This document shows positions 55,532 through 64,000 of a stretch of 64,000 nt of DNA, piece by piece. The position numbers were made by a program, and so were the translations under genes. Source of the stretch: an uncultured Thermoanaerobaculia bacterium (GTDB lineage: Bacteria; Acidobacteriota; Thermoanaerobaculia; Multivoradales; JAGPDF01); assembly GCA_964618415.1 (NCBI GenBank), contig CAZUAT010000007.1, positions 929-64,928 on the forward strand, written 5' to 3'. Under the pieces are notes generated by a model. It did not search any database, was not told the DNA's origin, and worked only from the letters and a program-made list of their open reading frames with translations. The first letter of the stretch is position 1; each line of letters starts with the position of its first letter.

Positions 55532-56113
55532 ATGCCGCACGAGCCCCCGAGCCCTCCGGACGAAGAGCTGGTGCGAGCGGTCCTTGCCGGGGACCCGGAG
55601 CGCTATGGCGAACTCGTCGAGCGCTATCAGGCGCGGTTGATCAACTACCTCAACCGCCTGGTCCGGAACCTCGACGAGGCCCACGATCTGGCGCAGGAGG
55701 TGTTCGTGCGGGTGTACCAGGCTCTCGATCGATTCGATCCGCAGTACCGCTTCTCGACCTGGATCTTCCGGGTGGCGCAGAACGCGGCGATCGACGTGAT
55801 CCGCAAGCGGCGATTTCGACTGGTGCCGCTGGTGCGAGCCGGGGAGGACGGCGAGGGACCGCGTGAGCTGGAGATCGCCGCCGAGGGTCCGAACGCCCAG
55901 GAGGCAATGGAGTCGGACCAGAGTGACGCCCGGGTGCGCGCCGCGATCGAGCGGCTGCCGGGCGAGTACCGGGAGCTGATCGAGTTGCGGCATTACGGCG
56001 AGCTGGCCTACGACGAGATCGCGACGCTGCGCACGATGCCGCTCGGAACGGTGAAGAACAAGCTGTTCCGGGCTCGCCAGATGCTCAAGAATCTGTTGCA
56101 GGCCGAGGGCTGA
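55532..56113 (+). CDS. ECF sigma-70 factor (SigW/RpoE-like)
   Basis: YGELVERYQ, AHDLAQEVF, FDPQYRFSTWIFR.A.N..ID, LRHYGELAY.EIA...MPLGTVK..LFRAR. Confidence 0.94.
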   Translation: MPHEPPSPPDEELVRAVLAGDPERYGELVERYQARLINYLNRLVRNLDEAHDLAQEVFVRVYQALDRFDPQYRFSTWIFRVAQNAAIDVIRKRRFRLVPLVRAGEDGEGPRELEIAAEGPNAQEAMESDQSDARVRAAIERLPGEYRELIELRHYGELAYDEIATLRTMPLGTVKNKLFRARQMLKNLLQAEG

Positions 56114-56140
56114 CCGGGAAGCAAGCGGAGAGACGGGCAC

Positions 56141-56716
56141 ATGGAGCATCGGACCTATCTCGAGTGGCTGGATCTCGACGCCGACGGCGCCCTGGGGGGC
56201 GACGAGCGTCGGCAGCTTGCCGAGCACCTGGCGGGCTGCCCGTCGTGTGCGGCCGAGCGCGAGCGGCTCGCGGCGCTGCTCTCCACGCTGGCCGCCGACC
56301 GAGTCGCGGTGCGGCCCGACTTCCGCGCCACGGTGATGGCCTCGCTCCCGGTAGCCCCCTGGGAGAGCCGGGCGCGTAGCGCCTGGCGCCTGCCGGCCGC
56401 ACTGCTCGCCGGTCTGGCGATCGCCGCCACGCTGCTGGCTAGCCTGGCGGCCGCCGAGCCGGCGCCGCTCGCCGGCCCGCTGTCCGCACTGGCCGCGCTC
56501 GGCGAGCTGTTCGTCGCGGCGCTCGCCGCGGGCACCGGAATGGTCACTGCGAGCTGGCGCGGTGTGGGCTCGGCCGTCGGAGAGTGGCTCGGCGCGTCGA
56601 CGGCCAATCAGATCGGCGCGCTGCTGCTGGTCGTGGGTCTGAATCTGGTCGCCTGGCGGCTGGTGCGTCGAGTGCGGCGCCCGCAACCCGAGCGGCCCGG
56701 TCGCCGGCCCCGCTGA
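56141..56716 (+). CDS. Zinc-binding anti-sigma factor (zf-HC2/ZAS) with three transmembrane helices
   Basis: HxxxCxxC motif EHLAGCPSC; PDFRATVM; three hydrophobic segments. Confidence 0.88.
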   Translation: MEHRTYLEWLDLDADGALGGDERRQLAEHLAGCPSCAAERERLAALLSTLAADRVAVRPDFRATVMASLPVAPWESRARSAWRLPAALLAGLAIAATLLASLAAAEPAPLAGPLSALAALGELFVAALAAGTGMVTASWRGVGSAVGEWLGASTANQIGALLLVVGLNLVAWRLVRRVRRPQPERPGRRPR

Positions 56717-56748
56717 CCTCGCCTCCCGGAACACGTAGCATGCGGTCG

Positions 56749-57702
56749 ATGCGACCGCTCATCGCCCTGCTGCTGGCCGGCGCTGCCGGCCTCGCTGTGC
56801 CCGTCGACGCCCGCGCGGCGGCCGGTCCGCCTCCCGCACCGGCACCGGCGCTGCGGCTCGACGCCGGGAGCGTGGCGCGGCACCGGGTCGTCGCAGTCGG
56901 CCGCGACGTCCTGATCGCTGGCGAGGCGCTGGCCGGGGTGACCGCCCTCGACGGCAACGCGCGCATCTCCGGGACCGTGATCGGCGACGTGACGATTCTC
57001 GGCGGCAGTGCCGAACTCGAGTCGACCGCAGTCCTGCGCGGCGAGGTCTTCATTCTGGGCGGCGAGCTGCACGCGGCGCCGGGCGCGCGCATCGAGGGGC
57101 GCTCGGTGGTCTATCCGTCGGTGTCCCGAGCCTGGATGACGCTGCTCGAGGGGCCCAGCCTCGGCCTATCGGCCGCGGCTCCGGTGGTCCTCGCGGCGAA
57201 GCTGGCGCTGGCAGCTGCCTGGCTCGTCCTGACGCTGCTGATCTTCGGCTCCGGGTCGCGGCCGGCGTGCGCGACTTCCGACGAGGTGCGGCGGGAGCCG
57301 TTCGCCTGCTTTGCCGCCGGTCTCGTGTCGATCCTCGCCGCTACCCTGACGGTCGTGTTCCTTGGCTCCCTCCTGCCACCCGTCGTCGCGGTGCCGTTGC
57401 TGGCCCTGGTAGTGCTCGGCGCGCTGCTCGCCAAGCTCTGGGGGATGGTGGCGGTCTTCCACGCCCTCGGAGCGGCGCTGGCTGCGCGCCTCGCTCCCGG
57501 CCGCCGCGTGGCGGCGCTTCACCTGGCGGTGCTCGGGCTCCTGGTTCTGGCACTGATCAAGTTTGCGCCCGTAGTCGGCCTGTGGGCGTGGACGGCCGCG
57601 ACGCTGGTCGGCGTCGGCGCGGCGCTGCGCACCAAGTTCGGGCGCGGCGAGGCCTGGTTCCCGGAGCCGCTCTCGGAGTCGGCGCTCTCCACACGGGTCT
57701 GA
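56749..57702 (+). CDS. Membrane protein with N-terminal bactofilin-like beta-helix repeats
   Basis: Signal peptide; repeats VVAVGRDVLIAG / GDVTILGGSAEL / GEVFILGGEL; 5-6 C-terminal transmembrane segments. TAGCAT 7 nt before ATG 56749; alternative ATG 56740. Confidence 0.78.
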   Translation: MRPLIALLLAGAAGLAVPVDARAAAGPPPAPAPALRLDAGSVARHRVVAVGRDVLIAGEALAGVTALDGNARISGTVIGDVTILGGSAELESTAVLRGEVFILGGELHAAPGARIEGRSVVYPSVSRAWMTLLEGPSLGLSAAAPVVLAAKLALAAAWLVLTLLIFGSGSRPACATSDEVRREPFACFAAGLVSILAATLTVVFLGSLLPPVVAVPLLALVVLGALLAKLWGMVAVFHALGAALAARLAPGRRVAALHLAVLGLLVLALIKFAPVVGLWAWTAATLVGVGAALRTKFGRGEAWFPEPLSESALSTRV

Positions 57703-57777
57703 GCCGGGCGCGGCGGCACACCGACCTGTGGCGAACGGCCGCTGCGCGATAGGCTGCGCGGCGAAGGAGCGGGAGCG

Positions 57778-58638
<861 letters not shown>

Positions 58639-58666
58639 GCGGCCGGGCGGGACAGAGCTGCGCGCC

Positions 58667-60523
58667 GTGCCGGCGACCGTGCTCTGCCAGGCCTGCGGGG
58701 CGCCGAACCCGGCCGAGCAGGATCTCTGCGGGCGCTGTCATCAGAAGCTGCTGGTGCTCTCGGGGCCGCCGACCGAGGATACGGAGGACCTGGCGCGGGA
58801 CCGGGACGCGGACTTCTCGCTCGACGAGCATCTGCTCGAGCGCGTCTCGATCCTCGAGGAGGCGGTCAAGCGGACGGCGGAAACCGTGCAGCGCCTGGTC
58901 GAGGCGCTCCACAAGCAGGAGAAGAACCTGCTGGTCAGTCAGACCGGCTTCGGCACCCTGCGCGAACTGCTCGAGCGCCGCCGGCTGATCGGGCGCGAAG
59001 AGTGGGCCGATCTCTGGCAGGCGAAGATGGACTACCAGCTCAAGGCGCTCGAGAAGCGCGAGCGGTTCGTCGGCGTCAAGGACCGGATAGCGGCGCTCTA
59101 CCAGGGCGACCGTCGCAAGAGCTTTCTGCACCAGCTCGAGGATGCCGAGTACGCCCTGTTCGCGTTCGACGTCGAGCGGGCCCGGCACTGCCTGTCGCAG
59201 GCGTTCAAGCTCGACCGCGCGAACTACGAGCTGGCCCTCTATCTCGGCGAGACGGCTTTCAACGAAGGCGAGGCCGAAGAGGCGCTGACCTACTTCGCGC
59301 GGGTCCTGGAGGTGCGTCCCGATCACTTCGAGGCGCTGGTCTTTTCCGGCGTGATCTGTCACGAGCGCGGCGACTCCAGTCGCGCCGAGAAGCTGCTCCG
59401 GCAGGCTGTGGACCTGTATCCCGACGCCTTCCTGCCGCACTTCAGCCTCGGCGCCGTCTACGCGTCGACCGGCGATCTGGACCGGGCGATCGAGCACCTC
59501 GAGGACGCCTGCCAGATCGATCCGGTGCCGCAGGCCCTCTACATGCTCGGCAACTGCTTCTACGAGCAGGGCCGTTCCGCCGAAGCGGTGGAATGCCTGC
59601 AGGAGGCCGTCCGCCTCGATCCCGCGTTCGAGGAGGCACACTACCTGCTCGGTCTCGCCTACCTGGCGCGCCACTGGAACCGCAAAGCGCTGGCGGCGTT
59701 CCGCGAGGCACAGCGCCTCAACCCGCGACGGCTGCGCTACCAGGATCTCGTGCAGTTCCTGTCCGGCCGGTCGGTCGAGCGCCTTCCCGAGGTGGCGCCT
59801 CAAGTGGCGTCGCTGCTCGTCCGCGCTCAGAACCACGTGGCACGCGGTGAGGGCGACAAGGCGATGGCGCTGTTCGACAAGGCGATCGACTACGGCCCGG
59901 ACAACGCCAACGTCTGGATGGCTTACGTGATGGCCTGCCTGACGCTGGGCCGGCGCCAGGAACTGGAGACTGCGGCGCGCCGGGTGCTCGAACTCGACTC
60001 CACCGAGATGCAGCGGGCCACGGCGGCGGCGGCGCTCATCGCCGCGCTGCGCAGCGAGGGCAAGTTCATCGAGGGCAACCGGATCGGCCTGGAACTGCTC
60101 GACGGCAGCAAGTCGAACTTCACGCGGACGATCGCGTTCTACGAGATGGCGTGCAACCTGGCCGAGATGGACGGCGAACTCGATCAGGCGCTCGACTACG
60201 CGCGTTCCGGTCTCGAAGCGGCTCCGGACGAACTCAAGCAGTTCCCGCTGGCCGTGCTCGGCTGGGTGCACTACAAGCGGCGCGAGTACGAGCAGGCGAT
60301 CGAATGCCTGCAGCGGTCCGCGGAGCTGGGGCCTTCCGCGACGACGTACACCCACCTCGGCATGGCGCTGCTGGCGGACGGAGACGAGGAGGGGGCGCGC
60401 GCGGCGTTCAGCCGCTCGCGCAGCCTCGAGCCCCGTGTGGGGGCGCTCGAGGAGCGCATGATGGAATGCATGAAGGATTCGGCCCGGTTGCTCGAACGGG
60501 TCAGGAAGCGGCAGAAGAAATGA
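58667..60523 (+). CDS. Zinc-ribbon + coiled-coil + multi-TPR protein
   Basis: CQACGAPN.....LCGRC (two CxxC), coiled-coil block LLERVSILEEAVKRT, about 10 TPRs. Start GTG 58667 or 58679 (ATG 58616 overlaps hbd). Confidence 0.82.
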   Translation: MPATVLCQACGAPNPAEQDLCGRCHQKLLVLSGPPTEDTEDLARDRDADFSLDEHLLERVSILEEAVKRTAETVQRLVEALHKQEKNLLVSQTGFGTLRELLERRRLIGREEWADLWQAKMDYQLKALEKRERFVGVKDRIAALYQGDRRKSFLHQLEDAEYALFAFDVERARHCLSQAFKLDRANYELALYLGETAFNEGEAEEALTYFARVLEVRPDHFEALVFSGVICHERGDSSRAEKLLRQAVDLYPDAFLPHFSLGAVYASTGDLDRAIEHLEDACQIDPVPQALYMLGNCFYEQGRSAEAVECLQEAVRLDPAFEEAHYLLGLAYLARHWNRKALAAFREAQRLNPRRLRYQDLVQFLSGRSVERLPEVAPQVASLLVRAQNHVARGEGDKAMALFDKAIDYGPDNANVWMAYVMACLTLGRRQELETAARRVLELDSTEMQRATAAAALIAALRSEGKFIEGNRIGLELLDGSKSNFTRTIAFYEMACNLAEMDGELDQALDYARSGLEAAPDELKQFPLAVLGWVHYKRREYEQAIECLQRSAELGPSATTYTHLGMALLADGDEEGARAAFSRSRSLEPRVGALEERMMECMKDSARLLERVRKRQKK

Positions 60524-62256
60524 TTCGCTGGAGCCGGTGGTACATCCACACGACACGGGAAGTTCCGAACGACGCCGAAGTCGTCTCGCACCAGCTGATG
60601 GTGCGTTCGGGCATGACGCGCAAGGTCGCGGCAGGCATCTACAGCTACCTTCCGCTCGGCTGGCGGAGCCTGCGCAAGCTGATGGACATCGTGCGGCGGG
60701 AGATGGATGCCGCCGGCGCGGTCGAGCTGTCGATGCCGGCGGTGCAGCCGGCCGAGCTGTGGGTCGAGTCCGGGCGCTGGCTCAAGTACGGCAAGGAGCT
60801 GCTGCGGATCCGCGACCGTCACGACCGGGAGTTCTGCTTCGGGCCGACGCACGAGGAGGTGGTGACCGACATCGTGCGCCGCGACGTGCGCAGCTACCGG
60901 CAGCTGCCGTTCAACCTCTACCAGATCCAGACCAAGTTCCGCGATGAGATCCGCCCGCGCTTCGGCTGGATGCGCGGGCGCGAGTTCCTGATGAAGGACG
61001 CGTACTCGTTCCATGCCAACGCCGGGAGCCTCGACGAGACGTACGAGGCGATGCGCACCGCCTATCGCCGCATCTTCGAGGCCTGCGGTCTCGAGTACAC
61101 GGTGGTGGAGGCCGACACCGGGACGATCGGCGGCTCGTCTTCGCACGAGTTCATGGTCACGGCGGCGACCGGGGAGAGCGCGGTCGTGCACTGCCCGGCG
61201 TGCGGTTACGGGGCGAACCAGGAAAAGGCCGAGCGCGGTGCCTGGCCGACGGAGTCGGCGTCCGTCGAGCCGCCGTCGCTTGCCCGCGTGCCGACGCCCG
61301 GCCGTTCCTCGATCGCTGACGTCTCCGAGCTGCTCGGCCTGCCGCCGGAGCGCCTGGTCAAGACGCTGATCTACGAGACGGACAGCGGCCAGCTCGTCGT
61401 GGCGGTGATCCGCGGCGACCGCGAGATCAACGAGGTCAAGCTGCAGAACGCCGTGCCGGACGCGCTCCACCTGCGCCTGGCGCCGGAGGAGCGGGTTCGC
61501 GAGCTGACTGGCGCGCCGACCGGATTCGCCGGGCCGATCGGGCTGCGAGGCAGCGCGACGCTGCTGATGGATCTCTCGGTGGTCGGGATGAGCGGTTTCG
61601 CGTGCGGCGCCAACGCGGCCGACGAGCACCTGACGGGCGTCGACTGGCAGCGCGATGCGGCTGAGTTCCTCGGCGCGGCGCGGCAGCTCGATCTGGTGAC
61701 AGTGGGCGAGTCCGACCCCTGCCCGACCTGCGGCGCTCCGCTGGCGGTCGTGCGCGGCATCGAGGTCGGCCACGTCTTCAAGCTGGGCGACAAGTACTCG
61801 CAGGCGATGCAGTGCGTGTTCACCGACGAGACCGGCGAGGACCGGGCGATGATCATGGGCTGCTACGGCCTCGGGATCGGTCGCACTCTTGCCGCGGCCA
61901 TCGAGCAGAACCACGACGCGGACGGCATCATCTGGCCGCTGCCGCTGGCACCGTTCTCGGTGCTGGTCGTCTCGCTCACCCCGGGCGACCCGGATTCGGC
62001 GCGCGCGGCCGAGACGCTGGCCGCCGGGCTGACGGCGCGCGGCCTCGATGTGCTGCTCGACGACCGCGAGGAGCGGCCGGGCGTGAAGTTCAAGGACGCC
62101 GACCTGATCGGAATCCCCGTGCGCGCCGTGGTGGGCGGCAAGTCGTTCGCCGCCGGCTCGATCGAGGTCTCCCTGCGCCGCGATCGCGAAAAGGTCGCCG
62201 TCCCGATCGGCGAAGCCGAAGCCCGCCTCCTCGACCTCGTCGACCGCCTGCGCTGA
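60520..62256 (+). CDS. proS: Proline--tRNA ligase (with INS editing domain)
   Basis: SHQLMVRSG, GIYSYLP, GPTHEEV, YQIQTKFRDEIRPRFG.MRGREF.MKDAYSF, GGSSSHEF, GIEVGHVFKLG.KYS, MGCYGLG, DDREERPGVKFKDADLIG. Confidence 0.98.
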   Translation: MIRWSRWYIHTTREVPNDAEVVSHQLMVRSGMTRKVAAGIYSYLPLGWRSLRKLMDIVRREMDAAGAVELSMPAVQPAELWVESGRWLKYGKELLRIRDRHDREFCFGPTHEEVVTDIVRRDVRSYRQLPFNLYQIQTKFRDEIRPRFGWMRGREFLMKDAYSFHANAGSLDETYEAMRTAYRRIFEACGLEYTVVEADTGTIGGSSSHEFMVTAATGESAVVHCPACGYGANQEKAERGAWPTESASVEPPSLARVPTPGRSSIADVSELLGLPPERLVKTLIYETDSGQLVVAVIRGDREINEVKLQNAVPDALHLRLAPEERVRELTGAPTGFAGPIGLRGSATLLMDLSVVGMSGFACGANAADEHLTGVDWQRDAAEFLGAARQLDLVTVGESDPCPTCGAPLAVVRGIEVGHVFKLGDKYSQAMQCVFTDETGEDRAMIMGCYGLGIGRTLAAAIEQNHDADGIIWPLPLAPFSVLVVSLTPGDPDSARAAETLAAGLTARGLDVLLDDREERPGVKFKDADLIGIPVRAVVGGKSFAAGSIEVSLRRDREKVAVPIGEAEARLLDLVDRLR

Positions 62257-62278
62257 CCGGCAGGTCCAGCCTCAGCCG

Positions 62279-62519
62279 AGCGCAGCCGGCTGGGGGGTTG
62301 CCCAAAGCGTCCGAACGGTGAGCGCGGCTTTGTCGATGCCATCGACTCCGTGCGATGGGAGCGGCACACCGGACGGCGGAGCGGATCCGCCACCCGACGC
62401 AGCGACTCTGCGCCCGTGCCGGTCTGCCGCTCCGCGGGCGGCTCGTTCCCTCCGGTCGCACGGAGTCAGCGCAGCTGACAAAGCCGCGCTCCCTGCGGGA
62501 ACAATCCGCCCGCTGCGCT
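62279..62519. repeat. ~240-bp nested inverted-repeat element (REPIN/MITE-like or structured ncRNA)
   Basis: Perfect nested arms: 62279-62286/62512-62519 (8 bp), 62320-62334/62477-62491 (15 bp), 62344-62355/62456-62467 (12 bp), 62358-62366/62425-62433 (9 bp), plus two small inner hairpins. Confidence 0.7.
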
Positions 62520-62552
62520 GTCGTTCGAGATCGTGGCCGGGCGACGATCTAG

Positions 62553-64000
62553 TCAGGGGATGTCGATCGTGGCCAGGGCGGTGGAGAGGAGGCCGGAGCC
62601 TTCATCGGTGATGACCACGGCGATACGGTGCGATCCGGCGGGCAGGCGCAGCTCGGCACGGTGTACCCAGTCCCGTGACAGGGCTTCCTCGACGTCTGCG
62701 GCGGGCACCTGGATGTCGATGGCGGCCGCTTCGCTGACCCGCAGGTCGCCGTCGGCGTCGCGCAGCGCCAGCTGCAGCCGCAGTCGACCGGAACGGCCGC
62801 TCTCGTCCGGCAGCAGGGCCAGCTCGCCGAGCGGGATGCGCACCGCGAACGGCAGGATCCAGCTCGTCTTGCGCCACGACTCGGGCTGGGGTTGCCCCAG
62901 CTCGAGAGAGATATCGAAGATCTCCTCGGCGGCACCGAGCGCGGCCGCCGCGGTGACTGCCTGCGCCGTCAGCTCGTCGAGCGACTGCCGGCGAAAGCCC
63001 GCCCGGTGACGCGTCTCAAGTTCGGGCCGACGCACCCGGACCTCGATCCGATGGTCGACCTGCTTCGCTTGCGGACCCACCGCAAACCCGAGCGAATAGG
63101 TCGACGCGCGGTCCTCGTCGACGCGGGCGAGCCGCTCGGAGAGGCCATCGTCGACGTAGAGCGGCTGGCCGCCGGTCGCTCCTGCGATCTGTACGACGCT
63201 GGCCGACTGCTCGACGATGCCGCGGTCGCGCGGCGGTGTCTGCTCGTTGTGGCGCCCGAGGCTGGGGAACTCGGCGGAATTCTGAATGACGGGCGGCGTG
63301 CGCGGTGCGATGGTGTAGAAGGCAATGCGTGCGTTCTGAGCCGCACGCAGCATCGCCGTGAACCTAGAGTTCAGATCCGCTGCGGCGGGGATCATCGGAT
63401 CGACGCCACTGAAATCGGACTTCGGTCCGCGCCGCCCGCGCTTCATGTCCAGCAACGCACTGAAGTACGCCGTCGGTGAAGACGTGTAGCCCATCGTGGC
63501 GAGCAGCACGGATTTGTGCCCTTCGAGCGGGGAGAGCGCGTCGATGAAGTGCTGCAGTGAGGCGAGCGAGCGTTGTTGGCGGTCGAGCTCCTCGCGGCCG
63601 TACTGCTCGATCTCGTGCTTGAGCCGCTGGATCTGCTGGGTCAGGTAGTTGCGCGCACTCGAGGAGCCGGACTGCAGGCTTTCGGAACTCACGCCGCGGA
63701 TCCTCATCGCGCGTCGATTCCCGCCCGCTGCATCCTCCAGGTCCACGTAGCGGTCGAAGTTGCGGATGTCGCGCTCGAGGTAGTTGCGGGTGGAGGCGAT
63801 TTGCGTGCCGCGTCCGCGCATGCGCTCGATCTCGTCGAGTGCCGCCAGCACGTCGCCGTGTTCGGCCGTGCCGTCGGCGAGGATGCGCAGGTCGTCGGTA
63901 AATGCCGCGACGAACACGCGCGCACCGGCCTCGACTCGCGGCTGCAGGTACTCACGGATCTCCGTGATGATCTGCTGCGACGTGTGCCATTCGAGGGCAC
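62553..64000 (-). CDS. VWA-domain protein (VWFA-related acidobacterial type), paralog 2; 5' end lies beyond the window
   Basis: Frame is open to the window edge and colinear with paralog 1 (ERMRGRGT.IAS, EQYGREELDRQ.RS, LEGHKSVLLAT.GY, QNARI.FYTI.PRTPP..QNSAEF.SLGR, HRAELRL). Confidence 0.88.
   Translation of the reverse strand, partial: ALEWHTSQQIITEIREYLQPRVEAGARVFVAAFTDDLRILADGTAEHGDVLAALDEIERMRGRGTQIASTRNYLERDIRNFDRYVDLEDAAGGNRRAMRIRGVSSESLQSGSSSARNYLTQQIQRLKHEIEQYGREELDRQQRSLASLQHFIDALSPLEGHKSVLLATMGYTSSPTAYFSALLDMKRGRRGPKSDFSGVDPMIPAAADLNSRFTAMLRAAQNARIAFYTIAPRTPPVIQNSAEFPSLGRHNEQTPPRDRGIVEQSASVVQIAGATGGQPLYVDDGLSERLARVDEDRASTYSLGFAVGPQAKQVDHRIEVRVRRPELETRHRAGFRRQSLDELTAQAVTAAAALGAAEEIFDISLELGQPQPESWRKTSWILPFAVRIPLGELALLPDESGRSGRLRLQLALRDADGDLRVSEAAAIDIQVPAADVEEALSRDWVHRAELRLPAGSHRIAVVITDEGSGLLSTALATIDIP

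Noticed and set aside
62261-62290. CAGGTCC...GCAGCC resembles the SRP RNA domain IV flanks
   Set aside because: The conserved GGAAGGAA core is absent, so it is not called as ffs.

Overview
Very GC-rich bacterial chromosomal segment (about 70% by eye, not computed), densely coding, with about 64 plausible CDSs. No rRNA, tRNA, CRISPR array, integrase or transposase was recognised. Gene content suggests Acidobacteriota, probably Thermoanaerobaculia-like (inference from two VWFA-related acidobacterial-type proteins, secreted proteins ending in a FRDG[F/L]E tail, and the SecF insertion). In order: an acyl-CoA carboxylase/AtuA/enoyl-CoA hydratase cluster interrupted by a delta-60 propeller gene and a PAS kinase; a VWA protein; ygfZ, aquaporin, S1/P1-like nuclease, iscA-like, degenerate HAD, DUF2203, tdk, TPR lipoprotein; an ECF/RskA pair; a GH44 glycanase; manC-acyltransferase-trmB-TIGR01777; an HD hydrolase with a WYL-less HTH gene; FYDLN-folK; lolA-like-tgt-yajC-secD-secF-rel; rpmB; pilMNOPQ plus three lipoproteins, a TPR gene and a roadblock gene; accB-accC-aroK; ccmABCDEF; a HEAT-cyclophilin; an ECF/ZAS/bactofilin-like trio; hbd; a Zn-ribbon TPR gene; proS; a nested inverted-repeat element; and a second, truncated VWA gene. 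Strongest leads: (1) a 16-aa C-terminal tail shared by two unrelated secreted proteins (candidate sorting or anchoring signal); (2) a ComEA-like helix-hairpin-helix module inserted in the periplasmic loop of SecF, about 3 kb from pilMNOPQ; (3) a ~240-bp nested inverted-repeat element (REPIN-like or structured RNA); (4) widespread apparent leaderless transcription. All family assignments come from motif recognition by eye; no database search was run.
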